Part shown: positions 14,201 through 27,680 of the stretch, piece after piece
How the letters are laid out: each line of letters begins with the position of its first letter
Position numbering within the stretch: the first letter of the stretch is position 1
Source: Mobula hypostoma
Taxonomy: Eukaryota
Direction of reading: 5' to 3'
DNA: 64,000 nucleotides
Assembly (NCBI RefSeq): GCF_963921235.1
Contig: NC_086108.1
Location: forward strand, 47,122,001-47,186,000
Translations under genes and position numbers: made by a program
Notes under the pieces: model-generated
Seen by the model: only the letters and a program-made list of their open reading frames with translations
Databases searched by the model: none
Told to the model about the DNA's origin: nothing

Positions 14201-16050
14201 GAGGTCAGAAAGAAGAAAGCATTTTTAGACTTAAACAAAATCAGCAAATGTTGGAGGAACAGTTAACTACTTAGGGTTGATGATCAAAAGGTCATCAACC
14301 TGAAACATTACCTGTTTCTCTTTACAGGTGCTGCCTGATCTGGAGTATTTCAAGTGTTTTCTGTTTTTTTTTTCAGATTTCCCACAAATACAGTTTTAAA
14401 TCAATATCTAGCAGAGAAAAATCCTTCAGCATTTTGAATGATTTCAGCAAAGCTCAGCATATGGTATACTTTATGTTTTGGAGCAACAATTCACACAGTT
14501 TAGAGTCCTAGAACTTGTACTTCCACAATAACTTAAAACCATATATTAACCATATTGCTTTGCAATATTTTATCACAATGACACCATGGCATTGCAGGTT
14601 AGAAATTCATATTGTCAGATAAACTTAAATTTGCAACCTGAGTCCACAGTGAGTATACCCAGTAGAGTTTATAATGTTAGAGTTATTTGTATAAATGGTT
14701 ATTCACAGTTCACTTTGGTTATTTTTCCTCCACACATCATCCAAGTTGTAGCTGCATACATGTTCTATGGTGAGGATAAGATAATATACCAATATTAGTT
14801 TTATCTGAGTACAAGCAAATTTTATTAATTTTACGATACAAATTTAAATCAGTAATATTCAATGTATAGATGCAAAAATTCTTCTGGCTTTTAAAATTGC
14901 TTTATTTGAAATTTAATGGCAGAACAACCAGTGCAGGTTACCTGGTCAGCCTTCATTGAAATGTTACTGGAAAAGCATTTATCTTCTCATCCACATTTGT
15001 GAATACAACTACAGGCTTAGTTATCAATAGGAGTTGGACAACTGTCCAGATTTTGAAGCAAAGAGCAGCATTAGGAAAAGAGTCTGTGACTATGAATGTT
15101 CGGAATTACTACTGAATTATTTTTTTGTTTTAGCAGTGCCACTTAACGAGTTTATCATTGCAGTACTGTACTTTTGTATGCCTTGTCATTGGTTTACTCT
15201 GATAAAAATGTAATCTTTCCTATTCAAGGAATGGGTTCATCTTAAATCCGAACTGCAGCCTTGTCTATGAAATGAATCCAAGAGTCTGTTTTCTTCTTTG
15301 CATACTGACAAAATACCTCTTTGTGTGTTTTATGTATTGTGGGGAGAGTGGTAAATTGGGAGGATTGGGTGGCAAATTGTTTCATAACATACAGTATAAA
15401 TGTCAGATTTTACCTTGAAGCAGAAATGAATTTATCCCAGCCTTTTAAACACTAAGATTTGTAAATATGTGAATTACCAGGGGCTTAGGGGGTGGCAGAA
15501 CTACCCCAGAGTGAACACATTAATTGATACAAGCAGTATTTTGTTTTTTGTACTATAAATATGTTTGAGTTTGTAATTAAATTATCACAGAATTATAATT
15601 CAATTGAGTGTTGGCTTGCATAAGTACAGTATTTGATGTATCCACATGGTCACAATTGATCGGCAACCTGGTTTCTGTTACACATTTTAAGTGTTTTAAC
15701 AAAAATACACAATCTATTTTTAAGTAATTTGTAAGTAGTGGAAATTTTTGATAGGTACCTGTTTTCATTTCATTGTCTCATTAATGATCAGCTTTAAAAC
15801 TGCAGAGAAAGTTAGATATTTTAAATCAATGGGCAGTTTAAGATGCTGAAAATTATTTTCATTATGGTTACAGTGATCCGATTCCTTCTCACATATGCAA
15901 ACACTTAATTACATTATTTCAGAAGTGCACCTGCCTGAGCTGTATTTTTTTTCTAAGGAAACAAATTATTGTAATTTAAATTTAATATTTATATCTGATT
16001 CATTGATAAAATACATTATTTTAATATACAAGATCATTCCCTCTTAGTTC
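11234..16050 (+). other. ABL2: Probable long ABL2 3' UTR (3' end uncertain)
   Basis: AT-rich and nearly free of repeats, unlike the flanking DNA. AATAAA at 11857, 12676, 13510 and 13723. The end coordinate is a guess. Confidence 0.45.
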
Positions 16051-17604
16051 ATAAAAACTGCTGGAGACTGCATCGTATTTGAGAATGCCAGTGAACTGGT
16101 TACACGAATTCTATGACTACTCCTGAATCCTACAATGAATTACTGTAACTCTGCCCTTTTCCCCCGAGTACATAATTCTCAGATCACATTGATTCGAGTT
16201 AATCTTATAAACCAATCTTCAAAGCTGAAGGTGAAATTTAGGGTTACAATCATCCTGTGAACATGTCCACATGTTTGTATCCTGATTATTCCTGCCCTCC
16301 TTTGTGCCTCTGAGATTTGGATATCTATCAAGTGCACTTTAAGGCACGGAATGTGATTAATGACCAGTACAGAGGAAAAGATTCAAGGATGTGCCAAACC
16401 CCTTTGTGGACAGGGAGAGAAATAGAACATCCCTATGAGCTTCTAGAAATCCCTGGCCATGATCACTTGGAACATTTGCGATGCCACTGAGAAGGTGAAA
16501 GCCATGAATAGTGAGCTCATGGAAGCCCAGGGCAAACTGCAGAAGGAAAGCACCACTGTACGAGTTGCTGCCTGCCTGTCCCTTCAAGCACATCCTGCCT
16601 GTTTATCTGCTGGTCCAACATTGGCCTTGTCCTCCTTCTCAGAGCTTCACTGGAAACAAAGCAGTCAGGATTCTAGGAGGCCATCTAAAATAGATTATAA
16701 CTTAAGGATATCTGAATCTATCCATTTTGATGAAGCACAGAGCATATTTGCAAATTAAAATCATAGCCATGTACCAAAACATTGGTGATGTCTTGGGCAT
16801 TAGCTAGTCTCCTGAAGAACATCTGAGATTCCAGACTAACTGAACCCACAAGTTTATTGAATCGATAGAAGGATATCTTCTATAGACAGGGAGATAACGG
16901 AGCAGGTCTTTCTGGAAACAAATTTTGTAGTACTATAGCTGGGGGAAGTCTATTGAAAAAACTAGTACAGTAACTATTTTTACACGGTAGTTTTTCAAGA
17001 ATAAAACTGACACCTTACACCAATTTAGTGGTGTTATTGCCGAGATACAGTAGCATGTAATAATTTGTGGCCAAATAAATTTATATTGGATGTGGTGGAA
17101 ACATGTTGCAAAAAAACTTCCTTTGTCCCAATCACTTTGTATATTTTCATGCAATTAAACATTACAGTGAGCAAATGTCTGGATTCTTTGCAAGCAATGC
17201 CACAAAATAGTATCGGATTAGAGCAAATCATACATGTACTAGAAGTTTATTTAACTGCTATAGCCTTCCAAAGATTATTCTTTTTATTCTCCACTTTTGT
17301 AAAAAAAAAATTCACCATAGGTTATTTTAGCTTTAGTTTGCAATGCTCTGAACTGGATGTTGGAGGACTTTGACCCACAGCTTGCTTTTTTTTTAAGGTG
17401 TTCTAATTAAATTTTAAGGTTGGTGATCCAAAATTTTAGCTTTATGAGTCTCTACTATTTTTTGGAAGGGGCGGAGGAGGTGTCAATGGAAAGTTTTCCA
17501 ACTATTGTCATTTCATTTTTATTTGCAAGCACCTCTATAATGGTCTGAAATTGAGCTGAAAACACAAGTCAAAACTTCCAACACCACAACCAGACAGAAT
17601 TATA

Positions 17605-17740
17605 TTAAACACGAGAGATTCTGTAGATGCTGGAAATCTAAAACAAACCACAAAATGCTGGAGGAACCCAGCAGGTCAGGCAGCATCTATGGAAAAGAAC
17701 AAAGAGTCGATGTTTTGGGCCAAGACCCTTCATAAGGATT
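17605..17740 (-). mobile_element. Penelope-like pseudo-LTR fragment
   Basis: aaaatgctggaggaacccagcaggtcaggcagcatctatgg motif shared with the PLE termini at 27710 and 53850. Decayed hammerhead core. Confidence 0.65.
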
Positions 17741-17766
17741 GTATTAACTTTGGTTGTTTCCATGTA

Positions 17767-20179
17767 CAGTGCCTTGAAAATGTATTCAGCCCTCACAACT
17801 ATTTTCACATTTTACTGTCACATTTTATAACTTTAAAATATATTGAAATAGGATTTTTTGAGCTTACCTACAAAACATTGTGCATCATGTCAAATCAAAA
17901 GAAAATTTCCAAAACCTCTCAATATTTTCCTAAAAGTTAAAAACCAAAACTGAGGCTGAAAAAGTATTTATCCCCTTTGTAATTACTTTTTAATTACTTG
18001 TGTTGGCGCGTGGCAAAGTGGTTAAGGCATTCGTCTAGTGATTTGAAGATCACTAGTTCGAGCCTTGGCTGAGGCAGCGTGTGTGTCCTTGAGCAAGGCA
18101 CTTAACCACACATTGCTCTGCGATGACACCGGTGCCAAGCTGTATGAGTCCTAATGCCCTTCCCTTGGACAACATCGGTGGGGTGGAGAGGGGAGACTTA
18201 CAGCATGGGCAACTGTTTTGCGCGCTGGAAACCTTCCAAGGCACAAATCCATGGTCTCATGAGACTAATGGATGCCTGTAATTACTATGCCCATTTTCCT
18301 CAGGAGCAATATATTGCCTTACCAACTCACCCAATTTGTGGGTGAGTTTACAATGAATTCATAAGAATAAATTATCCCTAAGAATAAATTCAACAGACCA
18401 AACAAAAATGAAGATGAAAGAGCACTCAAGAGAAGTCAGGGAGTGATAATAGAGAAGTACATAACTGGGCAAGGGTACAAGAGCATCTCAAAGGCACTGA
18501 ACATACCTCAGGGAGTGCAGTCCTTTGTGAAAAGGTGGAAAAACTATGAAACCACAGCCACACTACCTAGGTCAGGCCGCCCCTCTAAACTTAGTTGCTG
18601 GAGAAAAATGGGACTTGTAAGAGAGTTTGATAATTGCCAAAGGTTAATTAAATTCACAGAGTGCTACAGCACAGAAGCAGGCCCTTCAATCCATCTTCTC
18701 TGTGCAGATGAGGTTTTGCCTAGTCATAAACACCTGCACTGAATCATAGCCTTCCACACCCCATTCATCCATGTACCTATCCAAACATGTATTAAATGTT
18801 GCAATTGAACACATGTCCACCACCTCTGCTGTGTGAAGAAGACCCCCCCCCCCCACCCCCAAGTACCTCTCAAATATTTCATTCTGGTTGTACAGTCAAA
18901 AAGATGCTCTTCTGCTGGATTTCCCAGGGAGTCCAGCAACGAAGTTCAGCATTGTTAAAGTTGCCCAACATTTATGCTGAAGAGTTAGTTCTTCATACCT
19001 GCACCTACTACAGGACCCATGACCCTACTGAGTTCACTGGGGGTTATAGGGCTACAGAGGAAGGTGTAAAAGTCTTGTTAATTACAGTCTGTGTGGTTGG
19101 TTTTTTAACTATTTTATTTTCAGTGGTTTATTTTGGATATGTTGAATGACCCACACCATTAAGCAGCTGCAGGTGGTTTGGTTGGCTGCCAAGACTTTGA
19201 AGGTCAGGGCTCCATCACTGTGCAGTGGTGATGCCAGCAGTTACTCTGAGTGAGCTGCAGACGTCAGTGGCTGCAACTGGAGATAAAGTTCATGGCTCCA
19301 AAATCTCTAAGGCCTTACATAAAAGGGTATTTCTGGACAAGTAGCAAGGGCGAAGCCCTGGCTAAAATATCCTTGCCTGTAAAGGCTCTGCAACGTGTCA
19401 TTTAGAAGATACTGTAAAGGTGTGGAAGAAGGTCTTGAGGTCAGATGAGACTAAAGTGGAACTTTTTGTCCTCAACACTAAGCAGTAATATGGTGTAAAT
19501 CTAATACTGTGCATCAGCCAGGTAACACCATACCTATTGTAAAGTATGGTACTATGGGGATGATTTTCAGCAGCAAGGACTGGAAATCTGGTCAGGATTG
19601 ATAGGAAGAAGAATGCTGCTAAATGCAGAGGGATTTGGATAAAAACCTGCTAGCCTTAGCCAGAAAGCTTAAACTGGAGAGGAAGTTCACCTTTCTGCAG
19701 AACAACAACCCAAAGCACACAGCCAGAGCATCCATGGAGTGGCTTCAAATGAAGAAAATTGATGTCCTTGAGTGGCCCAGTCAGAGTCCTGACCTTAACC
19801 CGATCAAACATTTCTGGCAAGACCTTAAGTTTGCTGTCCACTACCACTCCCCAACTAACCTGACGTAGCTTGAGCAATTTTGCAAGGACGAATGGGCAAA
19901 TCTTGCTCCATCACAGTAATAGAGACTTATTCAAAAAGATTACTGGCTGTAATAGCTGCGAGAGGTGGTTCAAATAAATCCTGAGCTGCTGACATTTCAA
20001 TTTTTGGTTTTTCATGCTTTACAATTTTCCCTGTTTTCTTTGGGTCTCTACTGTGGGAGGAAAAAAGGAGTATGCGATTCACAAATAAAAGTTCTCTGTT
20101 AAATTGATCAAAATGCTTGGTTGTAATACTCATTTATATGAACTAAGGGTTGAGGGCTGAGAACTTTTACAAGACACTG
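17767..20179 (+). mobile_element. Tc1-family DNA transposon (defective, with nested insertions)
   Basis: TA|cagtgccttgaaaatgtattcagccc ... gggctgagaacttttacaagacactg imperfect TIRs. Transposase remnants GQGYKSISKALNIP, LPRSGRP, QNNNPKHT and EWPSQSPDLNPI. Confidence 0.9.
17988..18276 (+). mobile_element. tRNA-derived (CORE-like) SINE nested in Tc1
   Basis: A-box tggcaaagtgg, B-box gttcgagcc, CORE-like ccttgagcaaggcacttaacc. 10-bp TSD tgtaattact at 17978-17987 and 18277-18286. Confidence 0.8.
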
Positions 20180-20181
20180 CA

Positions 20182-20950
20182 CAGTGGATTCTGGTTAATT
20201 GGGCCATCAATTAATCAAGGCTGCCACTTATTTGGGACAACGCTTAAAGAATAAAATTAATTGAAAAAATAGCCATGGTTCCCTTTATTTATTTGGGACA
20301 CTATGCTGCTTAACTGGGGCAGGAGACTTGCCGAACAGTTTCTAACTGGCTTCATACATGTGCATTTGTATGCCTTTTAAACGCTACACAGTGCTTCCAA
20401 CAAACAACCTTTTAAATTGCGTCATTTGTGTGTGTTTATGTTCAGAAAGCACTGATTTCTGTCACTGATAATTTAGGACTGTTTTGCTCACTGCTGTTTC
20501 AAGCATTCAGGTTTGGAGATGCTGGAAACAGCTGTGAGTGAAATGAAATTATTTCACTACTTCAGCAAGGTAGGAATTACAAATAATTTGAAGGTATTGA
20601 CAATCATCTTGAATGTTACAACAACAATGGATATTTATAGGGTGCAATGATTGAAAATTGTATGAAGTCAGTCCATTATCTACAGTGGGTGTCTGCACTG
20701 ATTTTGTTCATTTATAGTCATTCCAAAGAACACAGCAGAGTACACATGATCTGTCTCTAACTATTAGGAATAATGCAGTTTTATAATACTGTAGTAGTAT
20801 TGATAATGTTCCAATTTGTTCTGTATTTCATTCAATCATTTGTTACTCAGTTAAACAATAGTTTGTCTTTTCTAAACCTTTTTAATTATTTTCATGAAAC
20901 TTCGGCTCATTGTACTGGTCCTGATGCATCCCAATTAACTGGAATCACTG
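20182..20950. mobile_element. Non-autonomous pogo/Tigger-like DNA transposon
   Basis: TIRs cagtggattctggttaattggg ... cccaattaactggaatcactg followed by TA. Confidence 0.75.
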
Positions 20951-21314
20951 TACTAGTAAAATAAGCCTATAGCTCATTTCAATATAAAATGTAAAGAGTT
21001 TGAGCAAGTTTCATAAGGAAGAAAGATAGTCTGTATTGATCCTGTGATAAAATCTCCATGTACTGTACAGCCTGGCAATTTCCAAATGGATGTTGGCGGT
21101 GAGGAGAATGCTGAAGGGCACAGAGGTAAGGGTTGGTTGAGTACTTGTTCTGTTGAATTTATTTCATTGGCTCATTTTGAACTTGGTCTTCCATATCCTT
21201 TGTGTATTTATACCCAAAGAACACAGGGTCCTCCAATCCAAGCAAAGTGAGTACAAAGCAGTACTTTAAAATAAAATGTTGCCCACACAGGTTGCACATC
21301 GTAAACACAAGAAA

Positions 21315-23620
21315 TTAGAAACCATAGAAAAACTACAGCACAGAATCAGGCCTTTGGCCCTTCTTGGCTGTGCCGAACCATTTTCTGCCTAGTCCCATAG
21401 ACCTGCACGTGGACCATATCCCTCCATACACCTCCCATCCATGTATCTGTCCAATTTATTCTTAAATGTTAAAAAAGAACCCGCATTTACCACCTCTTCT
21501 GGCAGCTCATTCCACATTCCCACCACTCTGTGTGAAGAAGCCCCCCCACCATGTTCCCTTTAAACTCCCCCACCCTTAACCCATGTCCTCTGGTTTTTTT
21601 CTCCCCTTGCCTCAGTGGAAAAAGCCTGCTTGCATTCACTCTATCTATACCCATCATAATTTTATATACCTCTATCAAATCTCCCCTTATTCTTCTACAC
21701 CCCAGGGAATAAAGTCCTAACCTTTTCAACCTTTCTCTGTAACTGAGTTTCTCAAGTCCTGGCAACATCCTTGTAAACCTTCTCTGCACTCTTTCAACCT
21801 TATTAATATCCTTCCTGTAATTTGGTGACCAAAACTGAACACAATACTCCAGATTCGGCCTCACCAATGCCTTATACAACCTCATCATAACATTCCAACT
21901 CTTATACTCAATACTTTGATTAATAAAGGCCAATGTACCAAAAGCTCTCTTTACGACCCTATCTACCTGCGATGCCACTTTTAGGGAATTTTGTACAGTA
22001 TCTGTATTCCCAGATCCCTCTGTTCTACTGCACTCCTCAGTGCCCTACCATTTACCCTGTATGTTCTACCTTGGTTTGTCCTTCCAAAGTGCAATACCTT
22101 ACACTTGTCTGTATTAAACTCCGTCTGCCATTCTTCAGCCCATTTTTCCAGCTGGTCCAAGTCCCTCTGCAAGCTTTGAAAACCTTCCTCGCCGTCCACT
22201 ACACCTCCAGTCTTTGTATCATCAGCAAATTTGCTGATCCAATTTACTACATTATCATCCAGATCATTGATATAGATGACAAATAACAATGGACCCAGCA
22301 CTGATCCCTGTGGCACACCACTAGTCACAGGCCTCCACTCCTGGAAGCAATTCTCTACTACCACTCTTTGGCTTCCTCCATTGAGCCAATGTTTAATCTA
22401 ATTTACCACCTCTCCATGTATACCTAGTGACTGAATTTTCCTAACTAACCTCCCATGCGGAACCTTGTCAAAGGCCTTACTGAAGTCCATGTAGACAACA
22501 TACACTGCCTTCTCTTCGTCCACTTTCCTGGTAACCTCCTCAAAAAAACTCCAATAGATTGGTCAAACATGACCTACCACGCACAAAGCCATGTTGACTC
22601 TCCCTAATAAGTCCCTGTCTATCCAAATGCTTGTAGATTCTGTCTCTTAGTACTCCCTCCAATAACTTACCCACTATCGATGTCAAACTTACTGGCCTAT
22701 AATTTCCCGGATTACTTTTCGATCCTTTTTTAAACAGCGGAACAACATGAGCCATTCTCCAATCCTCCGGCACCTCACCCCTAGACACCAACATTTTAAA
22801 CTTATCTGCCAGAGCCCCTGCAATTTCAACATTAGTCTCCTTCAAGGTCCGAGGGAATACCCTGTCAGGTCCTGGGGATTTATCCAATTTAATTTGCCTC
22901 AAGATAGCAAGCACCTCCTCCTTTTCAATCTGTACAGTTTCCATGATTTCACTACTTGTTTCCCTTAATTCCATAGACTTCATGCCAGTTTCCCTAGTAA
23001 ATACAGATGCAGAAAACCCGTTTAAGATCTCCCCCATTTCTTTTGGTTCCGCACATAGCCGACCACTCTGATCTTCAAGAGGACCAATTTTATCCCTTAC
23101 AGTCCTTTTACTCTTAATATACCTGTAAAAGCTCTTTGGATTATCCTTCACTTTGACTGCCAAGGCAACCTCCTGTCTTCTTTTAGCCCTCCTGATTCCC
23201 TTCTTAAGTATTTTCTTGCACTCTTTATACTCAAGCACCTTATTTACTCCCTGTTTCCTATACATGTCATACAACTCTCTCTTCTTCTTTATCAGAGTTG
23301 CAATATCCCTTGAGAACCAAGGTTCCTTATTCCTATTCACTTTGCCTTTAATCCTGACAGGAACATACAAGCTCTGCACTCTCAAAATTTCTCCTTTGAA
23401 GGCTTCCCACTTACCAATCACATCCTGGCTAGAGAACAACCTGTCCCAATCCACGCTTTTTAGATCCTTTCTCATTTCTTCAAATTTGGCCTTCTTCCAG
23501 TTCAGAACCTCAACCCTAGGATCAGATCTATCCTTGTCCATGATCAAGTTGAAACTAATGGTGTTATGATCACTGGAACCAAAGTGCTCCGCTACACACA
23601 CTTCCGTCACTTGTCCTAAC
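21315..23620 (-). mobile_element. CR1 LINE, 5'-truncated ORF2 (RT)
   Basis: ORFs with KSPGPD, NYRPVSLTS, SQHGF, SGVPQGSVLGP, SKFADDTK and LVRPNLEYCVQFWSP. Frameshifted. Confidence 0.92.
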
Positions 23621-23644
23621 TAAATTCTGTTGGTGCTGGAAATA

Positions 23645-26600
23645 ACCATATGACCTTATAACAATTACAGCACTGAAACAGGCCGTCTCGGCCCTTCTAG
23701 TCTGTGCCGAACTCTTACCCTATCCTAGTCCCACTGACCTGCACTCAACTCATAACCCTCCATTCCTTTCCTGTCCATATATCTATCCAATTTAACTTTA
23801 AATGACAACATTGAACCTGCCTCAACCACTTCTGCTGGAAGCTTGTTCCACACAGCTACCACTCTCTGAGTAGAGACGTTCCCCCTCATGTTACCCCTAA
23901 ACTTTTGCCCTTTAACTCTCAACTCATGTCCTCTTGTTTGAATCTTCCCCATTCTCAATGGAAAAAGTCTAACCATGTCAACTCTATCAATCCCCCTCAT
24001 AATTTTAAACACCTCTATCAAGTCCCCCCTCAACCTTCTACGCTACAAAGAATAAAGACCTAACTTGTTCAATGTCCTCTGTAACTTAGGAGATGAAACC
24101 CAGGAAACATTTTAGTAAACCTCCTCTGTACACTCTCAATTTTATTGACATCTTTCCTATAATTCAGTGACCAGAACTGTACACAATACTCCAGTTTTAG
24201 CCTTACCAATGCCTTATACAAATTCAACATTACATCCCAACTCCTATACTCAATGCTCTGATTTATAAAGGCCAGCATACCAAAAGCTTTCTTCACCACC
24301 CTATCCACATGAGATTCCATCTTCAGCGAACTATGCACCATTATTCCTAGATCCCTCTGTTCTGAAGCATTCTTTAATGCCCTACCATTTACCATGTATG
24401 TCCTATTTTGATTAGTTCTACCAAAATGTAGCACCTCACATTTTTCAACATTAAACTCCATCTGCCATCTTTCAGCCCACTCTTCTAACTGACCTAAATC
24501 TCTCTGCAAGTTTTGAAAACCTACCTCATTATCCACAACACCACCTATCTTGGTATCATCTGCATACTTACTAATCCAATTTACCACCCCATCATCCAGA
24601 TCATTAATATATATTACAAACAACATTGGACCCAGCACAGATCCCTGAGGCACACCGCTACACACCATCCTCCAATCTGACACACAGTTATCCACCACTA
24701 CTCTCTGGCATCTCCCATCTAGCCACTGCTGAATCTATTTTACTACTTCCATATTAATGCCTAACGATTGAACCTTCCTAAATAACCTTCCGTGTGGAAC
24801 CTTGTCAAAGGCCTTACTGAAGTCCACATAGACAACATCCACCGTTTTACCCTGGTCAATTTTCTTAGTAACCTCATCAAAAAATTTGATTTGTCAAACA
24901 TGACCTTCCACGCACAAATCCATGTTGACTGTTCCTAATCAGACCCTGTCTATCCAGAAAATTATATATACCATCTCTAAGAATACTTTCCATCAGTTTA
25001 CCCACTATTGACGTGTCAGAGCCCCTGCTATTTCTACACTAACTTCCCTCAAAGTCCTAGGGAATATCTTGTCCGGACCCAGAGACTTATCCACTTTTAT
25101 ATTCCTTAAAAGTGCTAGTACTTCCTCTTCTTTAATTGTCATACTTTCCATAACTACCCTACTTGTTTCCTTTACCTTACACATTTCAATATCCTTCTCC
25201 TTAGTGAATACCGAAGAAAAGAAATTGTTCAAAATCTCCCCCATCTCTTTTGGCTCCGCACATAGCCGTCCACTCTGATTCTCCAAGGGACGAATTTTAT
25301 CCCTCAGTATCCTTTTGCCACTAACATAACTGTAGAAACCCTTTGGATTTATTTTCACCTTACTTGCCAAAGCAGCCTCGTATCTTCTTTTAGCTTTTCT
25401 AATTTCTTTCTTAAGATTCTTTTTACATTCTTTATATTCCTTGAGTACCTCATTAACTCCAAGCTGCCTATATTTATTGAAGATCCCTCTCTTTTTCTGA
25501 AACAAGTTTCTAATATCTCTTGAAAACCATTGGCTCTCTCAAACTTTTAACCTTTCCTTTCAACCTAACAGGAACATAAAGATTCTGAACCCTCAAAATT
25601 TCACCTTTAAATGACCTCCATTTCTCTGTTACATCCTTCCCATAAAACAAATTTTCTCAATCCACTTCTAAATCCTTTCGCATCTCCTCAAAGTTAGCCT
25701 TTCTCCAATCAAAAATCTCAATCCTAGGTCCAGTCCTATACTTCTCCAAAATTACACTGAAACTAATTGTATTGTGATCACTGGACCCGAAGTGCTCCCC
25801 AACAAATACCTCTGTCACCTGCCATGTTTCCTTCCCTAACAGGAAATCCAACACTGTCCCTTCTCTAGTTGGTACCTCTATGTATTGCTTCAAAAAACTA
25901 TCCTGCACACATTTTACAAAAACTCCAAACCATCCAGCCCTTTTACAAAATGGGCTTCCCAGTCTATGTGTGGAAAATTAAAATCTCCCACAATCACAAC
26001 CTTGTGCTTACTACAAATATCTGCTATCTCCTTACAAATTTGCTTCTCCATTTCTTGGTCCCCATTAGGTGGTCTATAATACACCCCTATAAGCATCACA
26101 ACACCTTTCCTATTTCTCAATTCCACCCAAATAGCCTCCCTAGACGAGTCCACTAATCTATGCTGCCAGAGCACCGCTGTTATATAATCTCTGACAAGCA
26201 ATGCAACACCTCCCCCTCTTGCCCCTCCTATTCTATCACACCTGAAGCAACGAAATCCTGGAATATTTAGTTGCCAATCACACCCCTCCTGCAACCATGT
26301 TTCACTAATAGCTACAACATCATATTTCCAGGTATCAATCTATGCTCTAAGCTCATCCACCTTTCTTACAATGCTCCTAGCATTAAAACAGATGCATTTA
26401 AGAAACTCTCCACCTCCCACTCCCTATTTATCCTTAATGGAGCAAACAACTTTGTTATCTTTTGCTTCCTTCTCCCCTACATCAACCTCCCCTCTCCTAG
26501 TCTCCTTAATTAGATTCCCTCCCCCCAACCATTCTAGTTTAAAGTCACCTTAGTAGCCCTTGCAAATCTCCCCGCCAGGATATTGGTCCCCCTATGATTC

Positions 26601-27680
26601 AAGTGCAACCTGTCCTTTTTGTACAGGTCATGCCTGCACCAATAGTGGTCCCAATGATCCAAAAACCCGAATCCCTGCCCCTTGCTCCAATCTCTCAGTG
26701 ACACATTTATCCTATATTTCATTGCATTCCTACTTTCACTGTTGCCTAGCACAGGCAGTAATCCCGAGATTACTACCTTTGTCGTCCTTTTTCTCAACTC
26801 CCTTCATAACTCCCTATATTCTTCTTTCAGGACCTCTCCCCTTTTTCAACAGATGTCATTGGTACCTATATGTACCACGACCTCTGGCTCCTCTCCCTCC
26901 CACTTCAAGATCTCTTGGAGGCGATCAGAAACATCATGGACCCTAGCACCAAGGAGGCAAACTACCATCCGGGTCTCCTGACTTCATCCACAGAATCGTC
27001 TATCTGACCCCCTAACTATTGAGTCCCCTATTACTATTGTCCTCCTCTTCCGTTCCCTATCCTCCTTAGCTACAGGGCTGGACTCTGTGCTGGAGGCATG
27101 GCCAGTGTTGCTTCCCCCAGGTATGCTGTCCCCTTCAACAGTACTCAAACAGGAGTACTTATTGTCAAGGGGCACAGCCACAGCAGTACTCTCTATTACT
27201 TTATTCTTCCCCTTCCCCCTCCTAACCGTGACCCACTTGTCTGCCTCCCGTGGCCCCGGTGTGACCACCTGCCTGTAACTTCTCTCTATCTACTCCTCAC
27301 TCTCCCTGATAAGACGAAGGTCATCGAGCTACAGCTCCAGTTTCCTAATGCGGTCTCTTAGGAGCTGCATCTCGACGCACCTGGTGCAGATGTGGATGTC
27401 TGGGAGTCTTGGAGACTCCACTACCTCCCACATCTGGCACTGAGAACAACAAGCTGCCCTCACACTCATACTTCCCCTTTCTTCAAATAACAGTGGAAAA
27501 AAAAGTGAATAACCAAACCCTCTTCGCCTTGCCCATTTCCGCCTAAGCCCGTTTAGCCAAAGCCCTTAAGCCTCCACTCTGCTCCCGGCTCACTCCGCCG
27601 CCCACTGTATAAGGCTGTGTTCCTTTTCAATCTTCCTCATTTCCCTCCATGACTGCACAGTCCTGACTCTCTCGATGCCG
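23645..27680 (-). mobile_element. Near full-length CR1 LINE: ORF1 (27469-26534, zinc finger/leucine zipper plus GDSL-SGNH esterase) and ORF2 (APE endonuclease plus RT), decayed
   Basis: ORF1 reads MSVRAACCSQCQ...CTRCVEMQLL...IVIGDSIVRG...DRLHLN...VTLN* in one frame with internal stops. ORF2 has FNARSI, GDFNFP, SDHN and YADD. Internal deletion near 25012. Confidence 0.92.

Noticed and set aside
16357..16758. 99-aa ORF and overlapping ORFs downstream of ABL2
   Set aside because: No recognisable domain or splice structure. Probably chance or a very old repeat.
18000..18075. tRNA gene
   Set aside because: A and B boxes are present, but they form the head of a TSD-flanked SINE without a full cloverleaf.
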